Below are positions 1 through 12,899 of a stretch of 64,000 nt of DNA, piece after piece; within the stretch, counting starts at the first letter, position 1, and every line of letters begins with the position of its first letter. Origin of the DNA: Marsupella aquatica (taxonomy: Eukaryota; Plantae; Marchantiophyta); contig OZ316898.1 of assembly GCA_973895155.1 (NCBI GenBank), positions 13,233,659 to 13,297,658 of the forward strand. The letters run 5' to 3'. A program made the translations under genes and the position numbers. The notes under the pieces were generated by a model. That model did not search any database. It was not told where the DNA came from and saw only the letters and a list, made by a program, of their open reading frames with translations.

Positions 1-1562
1 TTTTACCATAGTAAGTACTAAGAGAAGAGAAGCAATGCTTCAAAATGCTATTGTTGTCATTAGTAATGTGCTCCATAGCATGTTTTGCTCCTTATTTTTC
101 CTTTATTGCATTCATATCTTGTTTTTGTAAGCAATTCAAGTTCTTGTCTAAAAGACGGCAGAAACAATCAATGCTAGATTGTTTTGTTGCTACTGGATTA
201 AAATCATTCTCCAATCCTGGTGTTGTTATATAGTATTGACAAATGCGTCAATGAGCTGCCTTCAAATCAGCCAGGTTACCATAAGAAAGACATTATTCTG
301 TAATTTCAGTTCTCTGCTCTTTCATTGAGCCCTTACAATTCTTTTTATGATTCTCTTGTTCATTCAACTAAAACATAGCCTCAATCATCTAGTACTGATG
401 GTAAGCATAATTCTCAATTGGCAAGTGACTTTGTAGCTTAGGCAAACAATTCAGTTAACCAACACAAGATGTCTAAGGCACAAAAGTCATGATTGATCAG
501 AACATATGGTCCGTGGATCAACTGAAGCCTGAACTCAATACACTATTTTCGGCATTGCCCAAAACTTGCTAACCAGGGAAACTAGAATGTGTGAGTAAAT
601 GCTGTGACGAGTGTCAGTATTGCTCAAACCATAATCTAAGTAAGATCTATGTTTGAATAAACACTTTCAAAGAAATCCTAAAACAGGCATCATTATGTAG
701 GACACCAGTTTGTTGTTCAGTAGATCATTTCTAGTTGTTGCGGACCCTCTGGCTTTTTGGGGTACAGCTTTTTACTATCCTGTCCCCCAAACTAGCCGAA
801 TTTCATAATTAACCTGCCCCCCAAACAAATTAAATTGCTAAGTTGCCCCCCATTCCGTAGATCCGTTTAGGCATACCCAGCGGGATACCCAGTACATGGT
901 CCCCGGTGCCACATGGCAAGTCGCCACTGGTCTGGGCTAAGCCCCGCCCCCCTCCCCCTTCCCCATCGAGGCGCTCTGGTCAAGGCGCTCCCATCACCGG
1001 CCCGAACAGGGTTATTCGTGGCCATGTAGGCCCTCCCGCAAATGACCCATTTTTGGAGGAGAAAGCCTTTACTCAGAAGAAAGCCGCCCATGCTGCCGAG
1101 CCCTCGTTTTCTACTCCAAAGATGATGCACATTTGCTTCAAACTGTTAGGCACCATCTTCGCTGCGGGGTCGGGCTTCAGCCTTTTGCCTTTGCAGTGTC
1201 ACCTTCCATGAATCCAATCAGATGGGCCACGCAGAATCCAATAGCCTAAATAGACTGTACAGGGGTTTACGAAGACAGCAGCCAACACTTTCAATGTAGA
1301 CATGGGACTTGCGCTTGCAATCTCATCCCAATTGTCGTGAGTGCAAGGAGGAAGGGTGAACATTGCAGAGGTCCATACTCAATTGCAAAGCTAGTGTGTT
1401 GCTATTGCTGACGTGCAAGTAAGTTTTGACATTGGGGGCTCGTTTCCATTTCTTGTGAGAAACGAATGTGAAATTCTGACTGCGAGCCTACAGTACAAAT
1501 TGATTCAATTTGTCCTCTTCATTAGTGGGAATTTATAAGGATTTTGTGTGTTTTCAGGAACC

Positions 1563-3653
1563 ATGGATCCCCAGGAAGACCTTTGAGAATTGGGAGGATT
1601 TAAAGAAAGTGATTGTCAGTGGATGAGGGAGTGAAAATTGAGAGAGTCCTTGTCACCCAAAAGAAGGACCACATGAAGTGGAGGTAAGGTGCAGAATGAA
1701 TCATCCAAGCAATGAAAGGCAGTGTCTCTGGAAACTGTCAAGGGCAACAAAGAAGTCAAGAACTAAAAGTATAACCATTACTGTTGCAAACTTGGACCAC
1801 TCTTGTGAAGCTACAGATCACTACCAGCGTAGGATGCATTCCAATCCGTACAGGCTTGCTGATCTAATATTGGACATTATTGGTAAGAATCACCAGACCA
1901 GAGCTTCATTCTTGAGAGATTCTGCCCAAGCATTAGTCCATCCAAACATAAAATACTGGCACACTGCATATTCTGCAAAGCAAAGATGTTTGAGACGTTT
2001 AGACGGAGACCAAACAAAGTCCTTTAAGTTCATCCTTGCCCATTGCCACCATATCCTTGAACGTGATCCAGGGGCATTTGCTAAGTATAGGGCTCCCAAC
2101 GGTCAATTGAATATGTTGTTTGTTTAGGGTTTAGGGTTTAGGGTTTAGGGTAAACCCCTTCCGCTTCCAATGAAGCATATTGTCATTGCAGGCCCATGGT
2201 GGCCTTGGATGGCACCCGCACACGCTGTATGTACCCTAGCATTTTACTTTTCGCTACCACACTTGATGCTAACAACACTGTGACTATACTTGCTAACTCT
2301 TGGGTGCCATCAGAAAATCAGGAGAATTGGATGTTCTTTTTGAATATGATAAGAGATGTCATTCCAGACTTGAGCAAGGGAGGCACTGTGTTTATTTCAT
2401 TCAGGGAGAAAGGGCTGACTGATGGGGTGCCAACAATTTTTCCCTATGCCTATCCTGCATACTGTACATGGCACCTTGCAGAAAATGTGCATAAACACTT
2501 TGGCAAAGATATACAAAAATTGTTTGAGGCATTTATTACCTTATGCATTAACTCCAACAAAGTACAATATGAGATTGGAGAAGATTGAGGCTAAAGGCCA
2601 GCCTGCTGCTGAGTACATTTGGAAGACAATAGACCCCAAATTCTACTCGAGAGCCTCTTCCCTGGTCGAAGACAAGTTTTTCCTATGTTTAAATTCATGT
2701 CTTGTGTAGAGTTTTGTGATGCTGGTTGTGTTCTCATTTCAGACCCTGAGCATTATGTCATTGATTTGTGACAGGTGGGGCCATGAGACGTCACAGCAAG
2801 CGGAAAGTAGTAACCATGCGGGTAACCATGCTTTCAAACCTCAACGACAGGAGGTAACATATTGAATATTTCCTGTCAGATTTGGGATTATATCATGGTC
2901 AAGTATTTTGAAAAGGGGGAGTTGGCTGCAGCCATGACAACTGCATTCCCACCCAACATTATGGCTTACTTAAGGGAGATTGAAGAGAAAACAACTCACC
3001 TTACTACCCACCCTTCCAGTGCAATGGAGGTCCGAATTTCTGATGATAGAAATATTCAGTAGTACCTTGTTATATTTGAACCTGAATGGTTCTGTAGCTG
3101 TGGTGATTTTCAGGATAGGTTACTACCTTGCATACATGCTTGGCGAGCTTGACCAGGTTGTGTAAAAGGCATTATTTATGATTATGTTTCCCCACAGTAT
3201 ACAACAGAGACATTACGGGCAACATCTGAAGCTCATCTCCCTGCCTTAGTGAGGAATGACTTGTTGCTAGATCCCAATTGCAGACCACCATTGAAGAAGC
3301 GGAGGAAAGGGCGTCCGACAGAGTGATTGAGGATGCAATTTGTGGGTGAGGAAGTGTGTAGGCTACCTAGGAATTGTGGCGTGTGTGGTGAGCAAGGCCA
3401 CGACAAGAGGAGCTGCCCAGAGCGAGAGGCAGCAAGAGAAGTTGTTAGAATGAATGCCGAGAAGAACCTTCACAGTGTGGACCAGGGTGTGGGATTGAAT
3501 CACAATGAAAGCAATCAGGAAAGCTTTGACATAGGGAGCTTCTCTCAGTTTCTTGACAGTCTCATCATTCACATGAGGAAAGCTTCGGATAGTCTGGTGA
3601 TCAGCTTGAGCATAGCTGGGAGTGGAATATGTGACATTGGAAGGGAACAATAA
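1563..3653 (+). pseudogene. MuDR/MULE transposase, degenerate
   Basis: Motifs in the expected order across ORF fragments: VALDGT (first catalytic D), VFISFREKGL (usually SDR.KGL, D lost), YCTWHLAEN (CxxH), TSQQAESSNH (catalytic E), SWIM finger GSCSCGDFQDRLLPCIHA (about 3088-3140), Zn knuckle CGVCGEQGHDKRSC. Several stops and frameshifts. Confidence 0.9.
2123..2157 (+). repeat. Interstitial telomeric repeat (TTTAGGG)x4 + TAAACCC inside the MULE transposase
   Basis: Directly visible. It creates the stop at 2125-2127 and shifts the frame. Confidence 0.9.
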
Positions 3654-3902
3654 CCTTCACATTGCATTAATTTTCTGTGATAGATGACAACAGCCTGTAC
3701 TCAGGCCTTTTTGTAACTGACTTTTTGCAATCCAAAAGTGACAAAAATTGAAGTGAATGATTACAATGTTGCATTCATTTGCTGGATGTCCAGAAACTCA
3801 CAGAGTCACACAAAACTCAATTTTGTTCAATTTTGATCATTACATATTGCGTCACACCTGAAATCAGTCCAATTGAACTGGGAACTTCAATGATTTGGCA
3901 TT

Positions 3903-4429
3903 CTACTTATGAGGCATTCCCCAGGTGCTTCTTGGCCTCAACCCATTGCACATGTACTCTATTGCCTTGGCCCTAGTCTTAAATGATTTAAACTTGCAGT
4001 CACTATATCCCCAGACTTGCTGATTACATTCATCCCATGTCTCATAAATCCCAGGCTGGAATCCACAAACAATAGCATAGAATTTTCGCTTATGCCCTGC
4101 TGTCCACACTGTTGCTGGTCCATTCACGTACTCCAATGGCTCCCCAGGGCCCATCCCAGCTGACATTGTCCTTGCTTTAAATACCAATTTCACCAATTAA
4201 TGAAGGTTGTTCCCATTGGTGCTGAAGGCAGGGCCGAAGGTAATGGTGCAACAGCTTCAACACCTAAGGCTGCAGTAGCTTCTCGCTCTTCCTTCAACAA
4301 GTCAGGTCTCTTTACTACTTGCTTCCTCAACTCACTCTGGATTTCTGCAGGCAATTCAGGTGCAGAAGGAGTAGGGTCGCACGGGCAATCCATTGGTGAA
4401 ATCAAAACTATGGACACACATGTGCACAT
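3903..4429 (-). pseudogene. MULE accessory ORF (convergent with transposase) ending in an RNase H1 N-terminal hybrid-binding (Cauli_VI-type) domain; frameshifted upstream
   Basis: KFYAIVCGFQPGIYETWDECNQQVWGYSDCKFKSFKTRAKAIEYM fits the family pattern KxYAVxxGxxPGIYxxWxECxxQVxGYxxxxYKxFxxxxEAxxY. Confidence 0.8.
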
Positions 4430-5382
4430 GGTCTCTCAAAGTGTCCAGCAAGTTTGAAATGAAACTAAATATAGAAGGAAGTAGCCCCACAACTAGCCAA
4501 ATGCATATTGCAAAGGCCTTGAGGACAATGCTCCACTTTGCCATAGGCACTGCGCCCCTGGTCACCTCCGAAAACTTGCACGTCGAAGGTTAGAACAAAA
4601 AATTCCTGACTCTCGATTTGGAATGCCCAGCTATCTTTTGAATGCACTAAGAGCTCCACAGTAACCTAGCTATGGCTTCTGCGTAATCCCCTGGGCAGAT
4701 TTCAATTGTTACAGGCTGAAGCACACTGATGCAATAATGGGAAATGCTTTGGATGCCCGACAGTTTTTGGTCAAACCTAACAAGGGCGAATGTATAAACA
4801 TTCGTGTTGTTTTTGCAGGAAAAACTGTGGGCTTGGGAGCGTGGACAGCGTTCTCACGAGTACAGGCGAGGGGCCAAAAACGGGCCATTTGCAGGAGGGC
4901 TTTTTTGGGCCAGCGACGGGATCAGGATGGCTCTGTTCGGGGCGGCGACGGGAGCTCCTTGACGGGGGAGAGGGGCGGGGCTTAGCCCGGACCAGTGGCG
5001 ACTTGCCATGTGTCACCCGGGATCATGTACTTGGGCATGTACTGGGTATGCCTAAACAGATCTACGGAATGCGGTGCAACTTAGCAATTTAATTTGTTTG
5101 GGGGCAGGTTATGAAATTGGGCTAGTTTGGAAGACAGGATAGTAAATTTAAGTTGTTTTGGGGTAAGCATAATATGCCAGCAAACAGGAAAAAATTACTC
5201 TTAGGAGGAAACACATTTTCAGTTAATAAGAAGAAAAGACCCTACTTCCCTAGCAAACGTACTCCCTACCTAGCCACAACCTGGTTTGTAAAACACAATT
5301 TTGGGACAACTCTTTTGGCTGGCAAACTGGCCAGCCATTTAAAGTCTTAAAAATGCATTAGAAACACAAAAGCCAGCTATAA

Positions 5383-5823
5383 TCTTACTATAAAAGCGCC
5401 AAGTGAAGTCTACTTTTAAGAGGCTAGGTCTAGAGTGAAGCCTCTAGACCTTAACTCTATGGCCATCATGTGCATGGGAGACTCATGACGACTATGATGT
5501 ATGTACATGTCATTTTTTTAATAATTTCTAAGTATTTACATTAAAAAAATATAAGCACTATGGCCCCACCACAACATATGTGCATAGAAGATGGATGTGG
5601 ATACAAAAAGACTGATGTGCACATAAAGGAGAATGATATATTATATATGACTATTAAAATGATTTTTTTTATCATGTCATTAATCTTCAAAGAATATGAA
5701 TAGATAATATATTTTGACAATTTTTTAATTGTCCTCTTCACTATTCAATAGAGAATATATTTTGATAATTTTTTTATTGTCCTCTCCACTATTCACGTTC
5801 AAAGAACGGGTAGTCGGGACTAG
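5383..5823 (+). mobile_element. Short non-autonomous Helitron
   Basis: 5' A|TC at 5382/5383. 3' hairpin cgttc-aaa-gaacg followed by CTAG|T at 5820-5824. Related sequence recurs at about 5972-6040 and, inverted, at about 57590-57955. Confidence 0.65.
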
Positions 5824-7155
5824 TAAAAACTAATTAAGAACCACTTGCAAACTCCATTACATTACACTCGGGGCTATAACAAATTCTGGACTTCTTGCAT
5901 CGATCATATATAATATAATAAATCATTGTATTTTGGCATCATGTTTGGCTTTGCACTTTTGTTCATGGCAATCTTACTTATAAAATGCAAACAGATGCTA
6001 GAGTTGGAGTTTGGCTTCTAGAGTGAATGACTCTAGGGCCGCACCAAAATGTATGTGTCTGAATGAAAAATGATTGAGATGTTATGTATTAGAAATTATA
6101 TTGGAGGGTTGCGCCTTTTTTTATAAAGTGGTTGTGGTTCAAATTTGACAAGACTCTTTGAGTGAAAGAAAAGGGAAATTGAATAAAAGAAAGGAAGAAG
6201 AAGAAAATAATTATGTTTGGTGAGAACACATTTCTCCAAACAAGAAAAGTACAAAGTATTCACTTTTAAGCTTTTGATTACTTTGTCACTAAAGATGTTA
6301 TAATTCATACTACTGCCATTAAGGTTTTTTTATATATTTAAAAAAATGTCAATGTTTTGTATATGGATAACAAGCTTACCAAGGTAACTAGGGGAACTAT
6401 GTATGGAAACCCAGATGGAAATTGTGATATTTTTGTAAATACTAAAAAAATAGTGGTAATATTGTAAATTCAAACATCTTTACTAATAATGTAGTTAAAA
6501 GTTGATTCCCTTTTACCCTCCATGCTAAATCATGATACAAAGTGCTCCTCCCTCTACCATCCATGCATAGGAAGTGTTACATCATGAGAAGAGTTTAATT
6601 ACAAATATTATATAGTCATCATGGGGCGCCAATCAAACACGTTAATGGGAATCAAACACGTTAATGAGAACAGGGGTCATCCACCAGTGGAGATACAACC
6701 CCCGCCCTCACTGTGACATAATCTAGGCAGACCATCAATCCATTATGTTATCATAAACATTCAATGAATATCGGTTATGTATATCAAATGAAGATATGGA
6801 TGATGATCATCATAAATATTCAAAGAATCGGCAGTCAGGTCTATAATGGTATGGTAGGGATTGACATTCGAAGAATTGTAGTTAGGCTCGTGTTTCATAT
6901 AGGAGAGGTCCTATGGTGTGAAGTGAGGACGTCTGGGCAGATCTACTGTAGTGATGCCGTATGCACATGGTCAAATGTAACCTGTAGCCTTCTCGACGAA
7001 TGACGCGAGTTAATGCTAGGAGACCTGCTGTTACCTCGTGAAGTACCCTGAGTTACCTCAAAAATTGAAGGACCAGGTCTTCTCATTGCGGACTGCACGC
7101 GTTGTCAATGAGGACTTTTTCCGGCCCGATTCCAACCTTGTAGAATCCATCGCGC

Positions 7156-7162
7156 TATTAAA
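7156..7162 (+). promoter_or_regulatory. Candidate TATA box of PPO copy 1
   Basis: gcTATTAAAgg is conserved as gcTATTTAAgg at the paralogous position upstream of copy 2 (50719-50713, - strand) while the surrounding flank has diverged. Confidence 0.4.
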
Positions 7163-7781
7163 GGCGCGCTCAGACCTCTGCTGAGAACCGTATCAGCCAG
7201 CCTTGATCACTCGCACAATCGTCTCAATGCAGCTTTCATGTTCGACCTGCTCACTAGCTACATGCACTAGATTCATCCAGGCGATCGCCTGGTCTACCTG
7301 GGGTTTTAATTGTCAGGGTGTTTAATTAGTACTTAGCGTACCTAGATTCATACGTACGTACAGTGCTCATTGAATCGATTCGAGGCTTTCTCGTTTGGCC
7401 ATTCTTGAGTAATGTATCTTTGGATCGAATGATTTCTGTGATCCATCACAACAAAAATCGAAAGGCTACGTGACCAGTGTGTTTCTGTAGTCTACCTCTT
7501 AGCAGACAACGAAGAGTCGTAAATCGTGGGTTCCTTCATGATTTTGATAGCGAATTAACCGAATCTGAAGTGAAGAGGCTCACGTCAGGCTTCCTCTATT
7601 AGGCAACAGTCGAATATTGGTGCTTCGAGCAATTTGCTTACCCGAGAAAGCATCACTTTAAGCTCAACGATCTCTTCACTGCAGATTCATCCCGCTCGAC
7701 GTACGTAGCAGCTGTGAGTTACTTAGAAGTCTATCAAGTGGACCACAACCTGCACTAACCTTGGCCAAGGTGGAGCGGACA

Positions 7782-10103
7782 ATGGAGATCCCTTTGTTTT
7801 GTATAGTGGTGTGGTGTACAATCTCCATGGCTTTCATGTTCCCGGCAGCTGTGGACGGCGACCCGATCAAGGTAACCTTCGATCATTGCCGGAATTCAAC
7901 GTACTTCCTTGATCCACAGCACAACAATTCCTCAGAATCCATCCAGTGCTGTCCCCTCATGCCAACTAGACCAATCGTCAATGGGCCGCCTCCTGTATTG
8001 ACGAAACACATCAGAGTTAGAAAAGCTGCACAATGCACGGATGCAGCTTACGCTGCAAAGCTCAACAAGGCGTATGAGTTGATGCGGGCACTGCCAGAAG
8101 ATGACCCACGTTCCTTCGCTCAGCAATGGCAACTTCACTGCTCTTACTGCGGGGGTGCATTCTTGACCGTCAACAGCAGTGGATCTCCACAGGGAATTGA
8201 CATCCACTGGAGCTGGCTATTCTTTCCATGGCACAGGTACGTCAAATCATTAGCTGCAGGACTACACCAATGTGATACTTTCCAGACAAGTCCAATCCTT
8301 GAAACATTCAGCAGTTGTCACGAATGTGCTGTTTCAATTCAAGGATTTATCAGACAGTTTCGCAGATGTTTGCCTCTAGTCGCTACAATGATGTTTCCTG
8401 ACAGGGTTACGATTCTCAAGGAAGTTTGAATTCGATCTCGATCACTGAGAAGCTGATTAGTGTTGCAACCCAATGTATATATGCGCGCAGGTGGTACTTG
8501 TACTTCCACGAGAGGATCCTGCAGTCGCTCCTGGGAGACCCCGACTTCAGCCTCAATTACTGGAACTGGGATGCTCCCTACAGTGTAGGAGATGGCTCTT
8601 CCAAACATCGGGCTTGCCTGAAACAGGGGGATGACTTCCCAGCCTTCTACGCCGACACTTCCTCCGCCGCATACGATGTCAATCGATCTGAGAATGCGAA
8701 GGGATATGGCCGTCTGCACTTCCCCGATATCAGTTACACCCCTGTCACACCTGCAATAACACAGGTTCTCTTCAACGCATCTGCAGAAGACATCATTGAA
8801 AGTAATCTGAACATATTGTACCAAGCATTGGTGAGCGGCGGAACATCGAAAGAAACTTTCATGGGTCGGCCTTATCACGCAGGAAACCCGTCAGGTGTGT
8901 ATAAACCGCTCCATCTGACTGAGAAAACTCTTCAAATAAGCTACTTTGAGCCAGCCATCGAGAAAGCATGACTTTCTACCATCCGGCCCTAGCTAGCGTT
9001 ACAAACAATTTGACTCTTTCCTGAAGAGCTATATTCGAATCATATCTTGAGCGCTTGCAATCCCAACGATGTCGGCTAAGTATTGATTGGTTTTTGAATT
9101 CACAGGCACTGGAGGCCCAAATGGAGGTGCTGGAACGCTAGAACTTGGAGCTCACTCTGGTGTTCATTCCTGGATCGGAACAGACCCGCCAGGCAACGAC
9201 ATGGGCCAGCTTTCACGCGCAGCCCGTGACCCTGCCTTCTTCGCTCATCACTCCAACATCGACCGTATGTGGCAGGTACGTCAGTTAATTAGCTCGAGAT
9301 AATTGATTATCGAATAACAGATCGATGTAATTAATTTCTATGGTCAAGGACAGGTAAATTTTGCAGATTGAAGTTGATTACTCAGCTCGTGAAAGCTGAT
9401 ATATTTCCATGGTTGGCTAAAACAGGTATGGAAAGATATCGGGCCAGTACTAGGTCAGACTCATGAGGACTACTCGGACCCTGACTTTCTGAATGCTGAG
9501 TTTCTGTTCTACGATGAAAACAAGGATTTGAGAAGAGTGACGGTAGGAGACTCGTTAGACTCGAAAAAGATGGGATATGTTTATCAACGTGCTAATGATG
9601 CACCATGGGTTTTCTTCAACACTACCAAGTGCAATAAGCTGAGCTACTACGAACTTATTGCCCAAGCCGAAAGCTTGCCAGAGCCAAGCAAAGACTCGAG
9701 GGGATACTACCATCTGGAAGGCGGTAAGACGTTCACTATAGTATTGGACAGACCAGAGAATCCACACGACCTTGAAGAGTTCCTCACCATTGACGGAATC
9801 AAACTGGACAGATCTTGGAACACAGGGTTTGACGTGTTTGTGGATTGGGTGAACCCGACTGAGTATTCAGTGCGAACTAAATGCGCAGAATTTTCGGGGA
9901 GATTCACCAACATGGTCCAGAGCCGATCCGCTACTGAAGGGAAACCGGATTTGGACTGGAAGCAAAGTATTTCCAGAACACTGGATGATATTGAAGCGCC
10001 AGCAGGCCCTTCAAAGGTCGTCATCACTCTCGTGCCTATGTACCGAGAGGACGACTCGGAGAAGACCATGATCAAATTCAAATGCATCCGGATTGACATT
10101 TGA
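7782..10103 (+). CDS. PPO: Polyphenol oxidase (type-III copper, tyrosinase/catechol oxidase family), 4 exons, 568 aa, predicted signal peptide
   Basis: Exons 7782-8236, 8491-8894, 9106-9275, 9426-10103, all GT-AG and frame-consistent. CuA HCSYC...[22 protein letters not shown]. CuB ELGAHSGVH...RDPAFFAHHSNIDRMW. DWL-type region DPDFLNAEFLFYDENK. C-terminal KFDV-type domain (TGFDVFV, AEFSGRF). Confidence 0.96.
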
Positions 10104-10794
10104 GGCTAGGGAGGAGGCGGCTTCGGCGATGATCTATATATACCCAACTATCGAACTTCATCATACAATCGTACGGTCAACAACGTTTGGCCGTTTGCCC
10201 TCGTGAATATTTATTTGACAAAATTCGAGTCAGTCAGATTGGCTCACAGAAGTAGACCTTTGATATCTAACGTGGCCATTTTTTTAAATCCTGATCAATT
10301 CGGCCTCATCAACTAACTGGGCGAAATTTCGATCACAAGAGCAGGAACAGCTGGAAGTCAGAACAATTGACAGATCATCTTCGACCGCTAGATTGGCGAA
10401 AGAAGTCGGTGCTTGGCTAGAGCGTCTAAGTTTTTCTATATTATTATTTGCGGGTTACTTTGTGCGTATATATGACGTATCAGACTGGGCTAGCAATTAC
10501 AGCATATCAGACGGGGCTAGCGAGAATAAGCTTGCGGAATTATTGGCAAGAAATTGATATAGCATAACAAGACTTCAAAAAAGTAAAGAATTGATTGCAA
10601 GAGTTTCTCAATGATCACCGAAATTGACTGGTATCATAAGACAGTCCGCGCTGTTAAGTACGAGACTAACTGCATGAGATAAGTGAGACCTCAGTGCTGA
10701 AATTACATTTACGCCAGCCAGTGTTTTCCGATCTCCACTGAACAAGTTCATACACGAACTGAATTCACGGAAGGCGTACTGGTGTGAGTCCTGA

Positions 10795-11433
10795 TGCTCT
10801 AAGCTGTCACATGCCCCTTAGGAAATCAAATTTATCCTACCTTATGTGTGACTTTTACCTAGCTTGATATTGGTGGTCTTAAATCCAACTTACCAAAAAG
10901 ACAATCCTAAAGGATTTGTATTTTCCTTTAGTAGTAAGTGGGTTTTTTCTAATTCTCGTGTTCTCAAAGGAATATTTGTGAACTTACCCACAAACACTAA
11001 AACTGCCCACAAATGTTCAACCAGAGCACCAGTTTGGGCTACAAAAATTGTGTCAATGAATTCTATTTAATGGGTAATGATGCATGAATAATTGCCTAAC
11101 AGTTTCTGCAATACAAGTTCCTTGTTCCTCTTTGAAGTACTTAAAAGGCAGCCTCAGGAATTACTACATAACATAGTTACTGGTAAATTCAATTTCCCTG
11201 CAGTAACATGGGGGTTCCACTTCAAATCAGAACTAGGAGATTGAAGCTCCTGTTAAAAGTGGGGATGCATCCAATTCTACCACTTTGCGCATTGAACTCC
11301 AGCCTTCTTCTTTGTTACAATGATAGGAGAAACCTCAACAATATGGGAGTATGTCACACATGGGAAGCGCAGAGGGTAGATTGATCTGCCTTGGGAGTGG
11401 CTAAATCATTGCTGTGAGTTGGAAGCAATGGAT
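10795..11433 (-). mobile_element. L1-type ORF1 fragment inserted after the duplication
   Basis: Absent from the paralogous arm (gagtcctga|agagactcc). Flanked by TCCTGA at 10789-10794 and 11434-11439. The minus strand reads WNPHVTAGKLNLPVTMLCSKFLRLPFKYFKEEQGTCIAETV, similar to the DUF4283 region of L1 ORF1. Confidence 0.55.
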
Positions 11434-11527
11434 TCCTGAAGAGAATCCTTGCACAGAATGATGATCTACCATTCGACATATGGGAGCGAAATGGGAGCGA
11501 AATCGTAACTAGTCAGAGCACAAGTCC

Positions 11528-11820
11528 TGTTAGAAACTGCGCTGTACTCGTGACATTAAGGGAGTAATAGACCACTCGCTGTCGTTAGTACTATGAGCTT
11601 GACAGGAGCGCATTATGCGCTCCCCACTTACGGTAGTAAATACAGTAGGTGCGCCCCATGCGCACCCCACTCTGCTTAGTTAGCAGTGTCTCTTATTACT
11701 AGTAGGTCTAGGTTAGTATCCCAGTCCGTCGATCTCCCTTGATCTGCGATCTCCTCTCTCTACTTATATGGCCATCCGCTGCATCTTCAGTATTCAGTCT
11801 ACTTACGATAGATTCCAACA
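11528..11820. mobile_element. Solo LTR (293 bp)
   Basis: TGTT...AACA termini. 5-bp TSD AGTCC at 11523-11527 and 11821-11825. The empty site is present in the paralogous arm near 47135-47145. Confidence 0.9.
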
Positions 11821-12899
11821 AGTCCCCCTAAATTTCAAGAATAGGGTAACCGATCGGCATCCGTGGATCAGAGTAGTCTAGCCAAGGAGTCAAACTTTAG
11901 CCTATAATAAGTAGTCTTGGATCATGGTGAAAGCCTTCCTGAAACCTACGTAAGGGTTGTCTGATTGATTTACAGCTCGGCATAACCTGTAAATCAACAG
12001 AATTTGTTGTGGATTTGTGGGATGCTTGGTGGTGAGAAATTCTTAAACGCCATTCGCGTTCTCTCCAGAAGTGAACTAAGAAGAATTCATGGAATTGACA
12101 TACATGTCCCCCTCCTACCCACCTCAAAATCATAACCAGATTCTTGTCTTGGTAGCAATACTGGATAGGATAGACAACGAACAGTCTCATCGGTAGTGAA
12201 ATTCCTCCCAGTTCAGTGGCTGGGTTGCCCGGGGCGTGTTGCCCTTCCACTTTTTCAAACAGATTAAAAACTTGAAAGAACATATTATAATTATCTACTT
12301 AATGGCCTTCACTTTATCTACTTAATGGCATTAGTGAAGTTTTTCTTTGTATTTTGAATAGGATAATGTACTAGGTAGAGTGTATTGTGAGATATGATGC
12401 CCCCAAAAACGAGGGCAATAGCCCAAGTTTTGAGTGCATTCTGAGATATAATATTAGGAAGTAAGACATTAATGTACTTAAACGTTCAAGAGTGGTTATT
12501 TGATAACAAGTGAAAGTGAACTTCTCAAATATAAAATCAAGTTAAAGGGCTATGCAAGAATTGGTTGCTACGCAATTGGCCAAATAAACAAATTTAAAAG
12601 CAATTCTTGTTGTCTTAGTTTTGATACATTTTCATTATTTTAGTTTATATGGTAACACTATATTTGGGATTTACCTTTTCCACATTTATGTTGATTCACA
12701 TAATCCCCTCCTCAAAAGAAGGGAGGTTTGTTAGTATGGAAAATCAATGCACTAAAAACCACAAAGGGAAAAATCACAAAATATGTATGTAGTGATAGTG
12801 TTTTAAGAACAAGAATGCACAGTTCAGATTTGGATCTCAATATTATGAAGCTTCTGGGATACTTTTATTAAAAACAGGAACACACTCCAGATTTGGATT

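Larger units (their letters stand above)
765..5155. mobile_element. Mutator-like element (MULE) with long TIRs and 10-bp TSD
   Basis: TTTTGGGGTA direct repeat at 755-764 and 5156-5165. Imperfect TIRs of about 200-250 bp (left cagctt-tttactatcctgtc...atccgtttaggcatacccag...tcgccactggtctgggctaagccccgcccc; reverse complement at about 4950-5155). Internal MuDR-type transposase relic. Confidence 0.93.
7030..12270. repeat. Left arm of inverted segmental duplication (partner about 46780-50850)
   Basis: Promoter, introns, exons and about 2 kb of downstream flank align to the reverse complement of 46780-50850, e.g. ggtaaccgatcggcatccgtggatcaga vs tctgatccacggatgccgaccggttatcc. Confidence 0.88.

Noticed and set aside
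867-1211. Pro/Arg-rich ORFs at 867-1211 and their mirror images at 4737-5092
   Set aside because: They lie in the GC-rich MULE TIRs, and their mutual similarity simply reflects the inverted repeat.
5383-5760. Inverted similarity to about 57590-57955 as an extension of the PPO duplication
   Set aside because: The intervening sequence does not align, and the segment has Helitron termini and a third local copy, so independent insertions are more likely.
8339-8878. Antisense ORFs over PPO, transposase and TnpA-like exons
   Set aside because: Shadow ORFs of coding sequence on the opposite strand, with no independent motifs.
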